From: a virus
Taxonomy: Duplodnaviria; Caudoviricetes
Length of the DNA stretch: 56,405 nucleotides
Reading direction: 5' to 3' (one strand)
Virus record (IMG/VR): IMGVR_UViG_3300030333_005663
Span: 1-56,405 of that record
Every line of letters starts with the position of its first letter. The stretch's first letter is position 1. This document shows positions 30,410 to 37,599 of this stretch, one piece after another. A program made the position numbers and the translations under genes. The notes beneath the pieces are model-generated. The model saw only the letters and a list, made by a program, of their open reading frames with translations. It did no database searches and was not told the origin of the DNA.

Positions 30410-31061
30410 CTATTTCTTTTATCGGAGAACGCATCCCTAAATCCATCATTAAAGCTCTTTCAAGCCAATTATAGTTAGGTGGCCCTGTTTCTTGCCAGTC
30501 ATCCCATGTTATGGGTTTAGCTGTAAATGGATTTTGAAAACCCACTTGCTGTCGTTGGTACATATGGCCACCCTCTGGCCCTCTTACAGGCTGGTCGCCT
30601 TGATAAGCATATCTGTTACGATATATAGCAGGGGTGTTTTTTTGTATGTAATTTTTAACACCTGCTCGCATATCATTGATTTTCTGTCCTCCAGCCTGAC
30701 CTATTCTTTGTAATCCATATAGTAACTTCTCAGCTAAACTATAGTCTATCTCTGGTGGGGCAGTTATTTGAGGAAAAGTACTAGGGTCTATAAAGTTAGG
30801 CGTTTGCACTGGCCATGTTCGTGACTCTACCATCTCTCTTTGAGGAGGTGCTGATGGATCATAACCCTCAGGTCCTTGTGGAGTAGCTGGCATTGGAGAC
30901 ATATTAGGGTTAACGGGGTCTATTGGCTTTGGGGGTACATACTCTATTTCAGGAGGATTTAAACTATCCCACTCTCTTCCTCTCTCTAAAGGGCCTTGAA
31001 ACTCCCCTGGCATAGCGCCATCTAACATTCTTTCAGCCATTTCTTCATCATATTCTGCCAT
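30375..31061 (-). CDS. Proline-rich hypothetical protein
   Basis: 228 aa, AAGGAG RBS, low-complexity P/E-rich N-terminal half. Confidence 0.6.
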   Translation of the reverse strand: MAEYDEEMAERMLDGAMPGEFQGPLERGREWDSLNPPEIEYVPPKPIDPVNPNMSPMPATPQGPEGYDPSAPPQREMVESRTWPVQTPNFIDPSTFPQITAPPEIDYSLAEKLLYGLQRIGQAGGQKINDMRAGVKNYIQKNTPAIYRNRYAYQGDQPVRGPEGGHMYQRQQVGFQNPFTAKPITWDDWQETGPPNYNWLERALMMDLGMRSPIKEIGEPTTMYDPNR

Positions 31062-31063
31062 TA

Positions 31064-31456
31064 CTACTCCTTTATCTCAAAATGTGGAAAATCATCAAAT
31101 CTATTGTCCATTACTTGAAAATCCATATCCCAGTCACCACCCCAGCGCAACTTAATGCCCATAGACTGAGCAATACCGAGAACAAAACCAGCAAAAAGAG
31201 TTTGCCTTTCCCTATCTTTCCAATCAACGGGGTAAGGAGTGACGTCCACAGCATTCGAGGGAGCCATGTTATGACGCCCATTAGGAAACTTAAGCTTTGT
31301 TTTACCTTCTTCATATAATTTATCTTGCCTTTCTTGACCTCTATGCCCTTCTAGGACACTACAGTCAACGTATTTGATTACTTCATTAAACACCTTTTGC
31401 AACCGCTCATCGCAAGTTGCCAATCTTTGTTTAGATCTAGTGCCAAATCTAGGCAT
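31064..31456 (-). CDS. Endolysin, L-Ala-D-Glu peptidase (M15 family)
   Basis: EGHRGQERQ, RHN..SNAVD, WGGDW and DFPHFE zinc-peptidase motifs. Confidence 0.9.
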   Translation of the reverse strand: MPRFGTRSKQRLATCDERLQKVFNEVIKYVDCSVLEGHRGQERQDKLYEEGKTKLKFPNGRHNMAPSNAVDVTPYPVDWKDRERQTLFAGFVLGIAQSMGIKLRWGGDWDMDFQVMDNRFDDFPHFEIKE

Positions 31457-31556
31457 TTTTAACCTTTTTAGCAGGTTTAGGGCGTCTAGTATTGGGTTTT
31501 ATCCCACTAAAAGGCTTCCCCGTGCTTATACTGTATACCGTTGGATAATCAGCCAT
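31449..31556 (-). CDS. Small basic protein (35 aa)
   Basis: MADYPTVYSISTGKPFSGIKPNTRRPKPAKKVKNA; AGGAG RBS; overlaps both neighbours. Confidence 0.55.
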   Translation of the reverse strand: MADYPTVYSISTGKPFSGIKPNTRRPKPAKKVKNA

Positions 31557-31735
31557 TATTCTTCTCCTACAGGTTTCTTGGCGTCCACTACTATCCAGGC
31601 TTTTTGAAGAAATACCTCCCCATAGAGGTCTTTATACTTCTTTTGTAAGCTCGAATGGAGCTTATTATACTCTTCTTCCGTCAAAAGAGACAATCCCTGG
31701 TTTTCGTAGGGCCCTTTATTTTCTAAAACAGACAT
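31556..31735 (-). CDS. First gene of the late arm, hypothetical (59 aa)
   Basis: MSVLENKGPYENQGLSLLTEEEYNKLHSSLQKKYKDLYGEVFLQKAWIVVDAKKPVGEE; TAATG coupling to the next gene; no SD. Confidence 0.5.
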   Translation of the reverse strand: MSVLENKGPYENQGLSLLTEEEYNKLHSSLQKKYKDLYGEVFLQKAWIVVDAKKPVGEE

Positions 31736-32045
31736 AATATAACTTACTAATACTACTAGGTAATAAGCAAGTACTTATAAAAAAGCTTATATTTAGGTCA
31801 CTTTAACCTAGTACTACTAGTATAGTACTACTAAAATAAACACATTGGGGAATTTTGCAAGAAAAAAATAAAAAATTTTCAAAAAATGTAACTAGAATGC
31901 GTGCACCTGATACACATCAACCCCCACCGCTCGAAAAAACGTGCGTTGGGGTCCACTTCGTGTTGAAATTCCCACTCTAGTGTTGCGAGCAACACGTGCT
32001 CAATTAAATCAATTAATTAACAATAAACATAAGGAACTATTTATT
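31736..32045. promoter_or_regulatory. Divergent control region (candidate promoters, origin or genome end)
   Basis: Only divergent intergenic region; TAGTACTACTA repeats, A-tracts, palindrome GTGTTGCGAGCAACAC. Confidence 0.55.
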
Positions 32046-32249
32046 ATGAATGAATTAATTCAATTACTCAGAACATTTGGCTCTCTTACTATCACACCTA
32101 AAGGTCTGACAGTATTCAATCCAACCAATGTGGACTTGCAAGCTGTAACTGCGCTTGCTACACCACTTGGGTTCACAGTTCGTCATCAACAGCCAAAGGC
32201 TGGTGAACAGTATTACGATAAAGCTAGTAATACTATGAAGAACAGTTAA
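32046..32249 (+). CDS. First early gene, hypothetical (67 aa; start revised to MNELIQ)
   Basis: AAGGA RBS before ATG 32046; the frame stays open for 23 more codons after the TAA. Confidence 0.65.
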   Translation: MNELIQLLRTFGSLTITPKGLTVFNPTNVDLQAVTALATPLGFTVRHQQPKAGEQYYDKASNTMKNS

Positions 32250-32340
32250 CATTTACTACAAGTAGGTAAAGCCACTGAAGTAACCGATGATAAAGCTATC
32301 GCTCATCTTCAGTCCTTGTAGGAAATAGTTCTTCCTTGTT

Positions 32341-32380
32341 GCCTTGCGTCCACATATGTGGGCGTGAGGCTTTATATTTT
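32341..32380 (+). terminator. Intrinsic terminator
   Basis: GCCTTGCGTCCAC-ATAT-GTGGGCGTGAGGC followed by TTTATATTTT. Confidence 0.7.
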
Positions 32381-32436
32381 ACTACACATATAATGTGTTG
32401 TGTATTTTTTATTTAATTAACTAATTGGAGGCATTT

Positions 32437-32559
32437 GTGGCTAAATATAAGGTAGTTAGTAAAGGCTTAGTGACCATAATAATAGCACGTTCTTGGATTG
32501 ATTGTGTTAAGAAAGCTAGGTCTTATTTTGGACATAATTTCTTTTATGTAATGAATTAA
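32437..32559 (+). CDS. Small early protein (40 aa)
   Basis: GGAGG RBS, GTG start; MAKYKVVSKGLVTIIIARSWIDCVKKARSYFGHNFFYVMN. Confidence 0.55.
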   Translation: MAKYKVVSKGLVTIIIARSWIDCVKKARSYFGHNFFYVMN

Positions 32560-32646
32560 TATAGGAGATCATTATGAAAAAGTAATGGCATATAATAGGT
32601 AATGCCTAGGCTTTGGTCTGGGCATTATCACAACTAAGGAGAAAGT

Positions 32647-32769
32647 ATGATAGATTCACTGTATGATATACTTTGGTTAATAGAAAGCAGTCTTGATATT
32701 ATGTTGAAAGGCTGTCTTTTAATGTTTATTTTAACGTGGTTTAGTAAACCGTCTGGAGGTAATAAATGA
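32647..32769 (+). CDS. Small hydrophobic early protein (40 aa)
   Basis: AAGGAG RBS; MIDSLYDILWLIESSLDIMLKGCLLMFILTWFSKPSGGNK; ATGA overlap with the next gene. Confidence 0.55.
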   Translation: MIDSLYDILWLIESSLDIMLKGCLLMFILTWFSKPSGGNK

Positions 32770-33035
32770 TAATATTCACATTGTTTGGAATGTTAGTAAC
32801 AGCTAGTATAGCTGGGTTATTATGGTATAAAATATCTGAAGAACAGAAAGATATTAATACTATTGAAGAATTAAATGGTACTGTTCAAAGTTGGCAAGAT
32901 TATAAGGCACAATACATTGAGCCTGATTATGATGATAGCTTGCCAATGTTATGTGCTCATTGTGAAAGTATACATAGTGATGATAGAGATTACGTTATTT
33001 GCGCTGACTCTTACAATAAAGGAGCACAAGCATGA
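32766..33035 (+). CDS. Membrane-anchored early protein with a Cys cluster
   Basis: N-terminal TM helix; CAHC...H...C; GGAGG RBS. Confidence 0.6.
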   Translation: MIIFTLFGMLVTASIAGLLWYKISEEQKDINTIEELNGTVQSWQDYKAQYIEPDYDDSLPMLCAHCESIHSDDRDYVICADSYNKGAQA

Positions 33036-33232
33036 AGAAATATTTGGTTCAAATAAGTTATAAAACGCTAGTTTACGCTGAGGACGGTAAGCTAGCGATT
33101 AATCAAGCTGTAGGTAGGATAAATGGTCATAGCTTAATAACCAACCTGCAAGCTGAAATTGTACCTCAAAATGATAATATAATTGATATCGATAATCACT
33201 TAAATAAGGAGAATAATAGTGAAAACAGTTAA
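33032..33232 (+). CDS. Hypothetical early protein
   Basis: 66 aa, AAGGAG RBS, ATGA overlap. Confidence 0.6.
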   Translation: MKKYLVQISYKTLVYAEDGKLAINQAVGRINGHSLITNLQAEIVPQNDNIIDIDNHLNKENNSENS

Positions 33233-33488
33233 GCGCTTACTATATAAGTTAAACCCGTTTAAAAGCAGGAGAAATGGTCGTTTTATGAGCAAACTATATC
33301 ATACATTTGTTACTTATGACTCTTTTAATAATGAATCAAGAGAACTAAGGCAAGACATAAGAGAGCTCAAAGGCCTAGTTAATCAGTTAGCTGCAAGGGA
33401 CAAATTAAAACATTTAAATGGTGTTTTAATGACTGAGAAAGAGTATAAAGAGGCTAGTGAAGCCATAGATACATATTATGGCAGATAA
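33219..33488 (+). CDS. Hypothetical early protein (coiled coil)
   Basis: 89 aa, AAGGAG RBS, GTG start. Confidence 0.6.
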   Translation: MKTVKRLLYKLNPFKSRRNGRFMSKLYHTFVTYDSFNNESRELRQDIRELKGLVNQLAARDKLKHLNGVLMTEKEYKEASEAIDTYYGR

Positions 33489-33630
33489 TCAAGTAAGAAT
33501 GAGATATTCGCAATATTGCCCATATAAATACAAGCATGAACTTGTTAAATGGGCTAATTCTCGTTATCCTACCAAAAAACACGATAGTTGGAGTAAGAAG
33601 CGTCTCTACGCATTATACTACAATTCGTGA
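33478..33630 (+). CDS. Small early protein (50 aa)
   Basis: MADNQVRMRYSQYCPYKYKHELVKWANSRYPTKKHDSWSKKRLYALYYNS; start uncertain. Confidence 0.5.
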   Translation: MADNQVRMRYSQYCPYKYKHELVKWANSRYPTKKHDSWSKKRLYALYYNS

Positions 33631-33639
33631 TTTTCTATT

Positions 33640-33806
33640 GTGCTGGCGTGAGAACCTCCACCAATCCCGTCCAGACTGGTGAAAGAATAGCCATCCATGT
33701 CAGCACACCCCTTTTTATAGGTAAAGATGAACCCTTTTGGGATAAAATGTTAATACTTTGCCTACTGGGAGCATAGTCTAGATTAAATACGCGTCGCTAT
33801 GCTCCC
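33640..33806 (+). ncRNA. Three tandem stem-loops forming a structured leader of the Ubl gene
   Basis: Stems 33640-33650/33696-33706 (11 bp, 2 G-U), 33718-33726/33756-33764 (9 bp) and 33767-33776/33797-33806 (10 bp, perfect). Confidence 0.5.
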
Positions 33807-33852
33807 TAATATTTTGTTAACAAACAACCGTTCAACCATAAGGAGAAAAAAA

Positions 33853-34134
33853 ATGGCTAGAACATCAAATAGTAGTACAAGTGATACACCAGCACCAGCA
33901 GAAAGAAGAATACAGGTCTTCGAAGGTGGTGATTGGGTGGATAAAGTAATAACAGGTAATACAATAGGCGATGTGCGTAATGCACTATCTATTCCGCATG
34001 ACAACCAAGTCAGAGTGAATGAAGTGACCTATACAGATAACTCTTCTGAATTACCTGAGCAAAGAGTTGATCAAAATGGTAATATTATACCAGATTTGGT
34101 TGCTTGGCAGTCTAACACCAAGACTGGGGGATAA
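33853..34134 (+). CDS. Ubiquitin-like (beta-grasp, ThiS/MoaD-like) protein ending in Gly-Gly
   Basis: 93 aa from the AAGGAG-preceded ATG 33853; beta-grasp pattern RIQVF..., TIGDVRNALSI, VRVNE, ELP...DLVAW; ends KTGG-stop; adjacent to JAB and E1 genes. Confidence 0.8.
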   Translation: MARTSNSSTSDTPAPAERRIQVFEGGDWVDKVITGNTIGDVRNALSIPHDNQVRVNEVTYTDNSSELPEQRVDQNGNIIPDLVAWQSNTKTGG

Positions 34135-34142
34135 ATAAAACC

Positions 34143-34218
34143 TAAGGAGTCTGTGAAATCCTACGCCAAAGATTAAGGCATGATGGTGATTGCTTTATTA
34201 AAGGACGCAGACTCCTTA
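34143..34218 (+). ncRNA. Structured RNA element between the Ubl and E2-like genes
   Basis: 13-bp stem TAAGGAGTCTGTG / CGCAGACTCCTTA, inner TCCT/AGGA pairing and a GCC..GGC hairpin. Confidence 0.55.
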
Positions 34219-34233
34219 TAACCTGGAGATAAC

Positions 34234-35910
34234 ATGACAAGCTTAAATTTATTTGATTGTGAAGTAAATAAGTTTGACAAGTATACTCAAATACCATTTA
34301 CAGAGGATAAATTAATACAAGCAATTCTATATAGAGATGGACATAGCCGTTACAATGCAGAGCGAAAAGATTATGATATCTTACCCATAGAAGAGTTGTT
34401 TAATTTTATTAATGCAGATGATATTGTTGAGATATTATGTCAAAAACCAGTTACTGATTTAATGGAAGCAGTAGAGATATATAATGATGATATACAATAT
34501 ATTGTTCAGAGTATGAAAATGAAGAAATTGATAGATTATTCTGAATTTAGATTTGCTTTGACTAAAAACTTTAACTGGAAAGCTGGAACATATCCTTTCA
34601 TTCATAAATTGTTAGATTATTTTGAAGGAAGATATATGAGAGCATCAGGTATAGATAGTTTATTTAAAAGAAGACTAAATAATGAAGGTTATTTAGATAG
34701 TCATCGTGTAAGATTAAATAGATTAGATAAACTAAGAGCTACAGCTAAAAGAATGGTTGGTTCTAAAGAGTCTGATGCATCAGAGTATAAAGAAAGAATG
34801 CTCGAGGTGCTAGAAACTATTAATGAAAATACATTAAAAGGCAACAAGGTTAGTGATAAAATAAAGTTTACTCATTATTTTACTACTAATGGCTATAGTG
34901 ATAGTAATCAATACACATTTCTTGATTTGTGGTTAATTACAAAAATAGATATCGCTCCTATGGATATGTATTACACTAAAAATAATGATGTTGTATTTCA
35001 TTTGACTCAACCAGCAATGACAACATTCCTTCCAAGACCATTGTATAAAGTATTAAATAATGATGTAAGAGGAGCTCGCGCTTCTTATTTATACGGATAC
35101 TCACAAAATAAGCATGCATACTTGCAAGATTATTCTATGTGGGAAAGAGGTGGTAATGGTACTATGCATAGACAACCTTGGAGTAGTGTTTGTTTATCAG
35201 AACATGGTGATGGTGTAATTAGAACCATGGGACGTCATAATTATGCAGCAGCAGCGCATAATTTAACTTTGTGGGGTAGTTCTTATAGTTTAGAGCATAC
35301 AAATCCTTATAATGGGCCTAATCAAATAGCCTATGAACAAGGAATACCAGAAATACTCCATGATAGTCCAGATGATATCAAGACATTTAACGCTCTTATA
35401 GGATTTAGTCCTGAAGATTGTTACAATCAAAGGATAGCAAAACATAGACATGTATTCTTTGCCGAAGAGCCATTAGCAGGAAGAATAATAAATGATATAG
35501 ATTATAGTCTTTATTCTAATCTTGAGTTATATGGCGATGAAATGATAGATGAATGTGTTAATTGTCCTATTAAAGAGGATTGCTATAGAATGTCAGAAAG
35601 AGCAATGTATTATGCAACAAAACAAGAGTGGGGTCCTATAGTTGAAGCACTTATTGCAGAAATGTGGGATGCTGGAGAATTTTCTAATCGTTATGGTCAG
35701 CTTTATTGGTATATCCATTATCTACATAAGCTTTCATTGAAAGATTATGATGAAGGATGGGGATACATTATATGGGCCTTAGATGATAAGACTGATTTCT
35801 TTAAAGAACCCTTAACCGCAGAAGAGCAAGCTTTAGAAGATGCTCGGATTGCACAACTTAACGCCCGAAGAGAAATGGAACAATGGGCTATTGGAGGTAC
35901 TAATGGCTAA
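34234..35910 (+). CDS. Putative E2-like Ubl-conjugating protein with a coiled coil and a C-terminal Cys cluster
   Basis: 558 aa; H294 (KHAYL), then VCL (C320), then W..Y....NPY, resembling the prokaryotic E2 core HPx..CLG..YN..PY; ECVNCPIKEDC; lies between Ubl and JAB. Confidence 0.5.
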   Translation: MTSLNLFDCEVNKFDKYTQIPFTEDKLIQAILYRDGHSRYNAERKDYDILPIEELFNFINADDIVEILCQKPVTDLMEAVEIYNDDIQYIVQSMKMKKLIDYSEFRFALTKNFNWKAGTYPFIHKLLDYFEGRYMRASGIDSLFKRRLNNEGYLDSHRVRLNRLDKLRATAKRMVGSKESDASEYKERMLEVLETINENTLKGNKVSDKIKFTHYFTTNGYSDSNQYTFLDLWLITKIDIAPMDMYYTKNNDVVFHLTQPAMTTFLPRPLYKVLNNDVRGARASYLYGYSQNKHAYLQDYSMWERGGNGTMHRQPWSSVCLSEHGDGVIRTMGRHNYAAAAHNLTLWGSSYSLEHTNPYNGPNQIAYEQGIPEILHDSPDDIKTFNALIGFSPEDCYNQRIAKHRHVFFAEEPLAGRIINDIDYSLYSNLELYGDEMIDECVNCPIKEDCYRMSERAMYYATKQEWGPIVEALIAEMWDAGEFSNRYGQLYWYIHYLHKLSLKDYDEGWGYIIWALDDKTDFFKEPLTAEEQALEDARIAQLNARREMEQWAIGGTNG

Positions 35911-36883
35911 TAAAAGTCAAAAAGCTAAATTTATCATAAGTGAAGATGCATGGAATACAATGCAACAATATGCCAAGCTTGCTTATGATAAAGATGGAAA
36001 TGAAATATCAGGTATATGCTTAGTTAAAAAGACTAAGCATCCTATAGATGATACAGATGTATGGGAGTTATTTGAGCCTTGTATTCTCAAGCAAGAGAAC
36101 TCAACTACAAATACTATACTTGACAAAGATGTATTACCACCATATTATATTGACATGGCTGTGAAGCATGGTACTGATATTAGGTATTGTTGGTGGCATT
36201 CACATCACACAATGGATGCATTCTGGAGTGGAACTGATCAAAATGAGATAGAAGCATGGAAGAATAGCTCTTGGTCATTAGCCCTAGTTATTAATTTAAG
36301 ACAAGAATATTGTCTGAATGTTAGTACATGGGATCCTGTTGAACACAGTGAAGATGTTCCTCTTGAGATAATACGTCCAATACCTGAACCATCAGCTAAA
36401 ATGATAAAAGAGTATAAAGATAAATGCTCTAATATTGTTACTGCAGTGTCAACTTATAACCATAAGAAATATGGATATGGTTATGGATATAATCAAAAGA
36501 ATGGTCAGCTCAGCATGATTCGGTCTGAAGGTATACCTGAAGATTTAGTCTTAAAATGGGGAGCTGGTGATTTATTAGATGATTATGCTAAAGTTTACAG
36601 TCAGGCTGTAGATGGTTTAGATGATTTGAATAGCGAGTTCTTAATTGATAGAATAAAATACGCTCAGTACAAAAAGAAAGTACAAGCATGCAATAAGCAA
36701 TTAAAGAAAGTTAATGCTAGATTTCAAATCAAAATCTACCCTAAAGCTAAGTTAATAGAAAAATGCTCTACTGATTGCCCTGATGAGTTCTTCGAGTATG
36801 ATAACGATGAAACAGAAATGGCATATATGAGTGTTAAGGCTCATCAAGAATCTCTAGAATATGGAGGTTATGGATGGGTATAA
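35903..36883 (+). CDS. JAB/MPN+ (JAMM) metallo-isopeptidase
   Basis: 326 aa from the GGAGG-preceded ATG 35903; catalytic E (NEISG) and complete HSH-x7-S-x2-D motif (WWHSHHTMDAFWSGTD). Confidence 0.9.
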   Translation: MANKSQKAKFIISEDAWNTMQQYAKLAYDKDGNEISGICLVKKTKHPIDDTDVWELFEPCILKQENSTTNTILDKDVLPPYYIDMAVKHGTDIRYCWWHSHHTMDAFWSGTDQNEIEAWKNSSWSLALVINLRQEYCLNVSTWDPVEHSEDVPLEIIRPIPEPSAKMIKEYKDKCSNIVTAVSTYNHKKYGYGYGYNQKNGQLSMIRSEGIPEDLVLKWGAGDLLDDYAKVYSQAVDGLDDLNSEFLIDRIKYAQYKKKVQACNKQLKKVNARFQIKIYPKAKLIEKCSTDCPDEFFEYDNDETEMAYMSVKAHQESLEYGGYGWV

Positions 36884-37545
36884 ATATGCGTAGTGAAGGG
36901 TTAGTAAACAGTTTGCATGAATATACATATCATATATTAGGTTGCGGGGCTATTGGTAGCTCTGCAGCCACTCAATTAGTACGCTCTGGTGCTACTAAAT
37001 TTGTATTATATGACATGGATACAGTGGGAACTGAAAACATTGGTGTATCTCAATATTTTGATGAGCATATTGGAATGCAGAAAGTAGAAGCATTGAATGA
37101 ACATATGCTCGGTATTAACTATAATGCAGATATTATGATGGTAGATGAATACTTTAAATTATTCAGGTATCAAAATAATAATGATATAGTTATACTTGGC
37201 TTTGATAGTATGAAGTCAAGGAAAGAAGCAGTAGAAGAGATATGTAGAAGAAAGAATGAGAAACCCTTTCTTTTAATAGATGGTCGTATGGGTGGAGAGC
37301 ATTATCAACAGTATGTATTTACTGATGTTAAGCTTAAATCTTATATGGATACTTGGTATTCAGATGAAGATGGAGACCCTGAACCATGTAATGTAAAAGC
37401 AACTAGTTACTGTTCTAATATGGCAGGTAGTTTAATAGTAAATGCTATCAGGAAAATAGTGTGTAAACACCCCTATGAAGAGTTCCTGACATTTAACTTC
37501 CCTACTATGTCAATAGAAAAGAAAACAGTTGTTCCTCGATCATAA
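36874..37545 (+). CDS. ThiF/MoeB/E1-family Ubl-activating enzyme
   Basis: GCGAIGS nucleotide loop, YDMDTVGTEN, KVEAL, GFDSMKSR, IDGRMG; candidate catalytic C172 (EPCNVKAT). Confidence 0.92.
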   Translation: MGINMRSEGLVNSLHEYTYHILGCGAIGSSAATQLVRSGATKFVLYDMDTVGTENIGVSQYFDEHIGMQKVEALNEHMLGINYNADIMMVDEYFKLFRYQNNNDIVILGFDSMKSRKEAVEEICRRKNEKPFLLIDGRMGGEHYQQYVFTDVKLKSYMDTWYSDEDGDPEPCNVKATSYCSNMAGSLIVNAIRKIVCKHPYEEFLTFNFPTMSIEKKTVVPRS

Positions 37546-37599
37546 TAGTTGTAAATTATAGCCCTGGTCATTAAGGTCAGGGCTTAAACGGGAGAAATC

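Noticed and set aside
433-30713. Many 60-150-aa plus-strand ORFs (and short off-frame minus-strand ORFs) in the track
   Set aside because: They lie antisense or off-frame within long, motif-bearing genes, lack an RBS and have shadow-ORF composition
31941-32045. GTG start at 31941 for the first early gene (likewise track starts at 33799, 35840, 42000 and 13085)
   Set aside because: Downstream ATGs have clear SD sites or stop-start coupling; the upstream extensions overlap hairpins or neighbouring genes
32247-32249. Genome-wide stop-codon reassignment
   Set aside because: Genes up to 9.3 kb are open in the standard code, and TAA, TAG and TGA all terminate tightly coupled genes
33640-33706. 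tRNA or hammerhead ribozyme
   Set aside because: No cloverleaf or T-loop (GTTCRA); CTGGTGA resembles CUGAUGA, but the required stems and GAAA core are not arranged correctly
33853-37545. Thiamine/molybdopterin biosynthesis (ThiS-ThiF) auxiliary metabolic genes
   Set aside because: No thiG/moaE/sulfurtransferase nearby; a JAB and an E2-like gene between Ubl and E1 fit protein conjugation better, though sulfur transfer is not formally excluded
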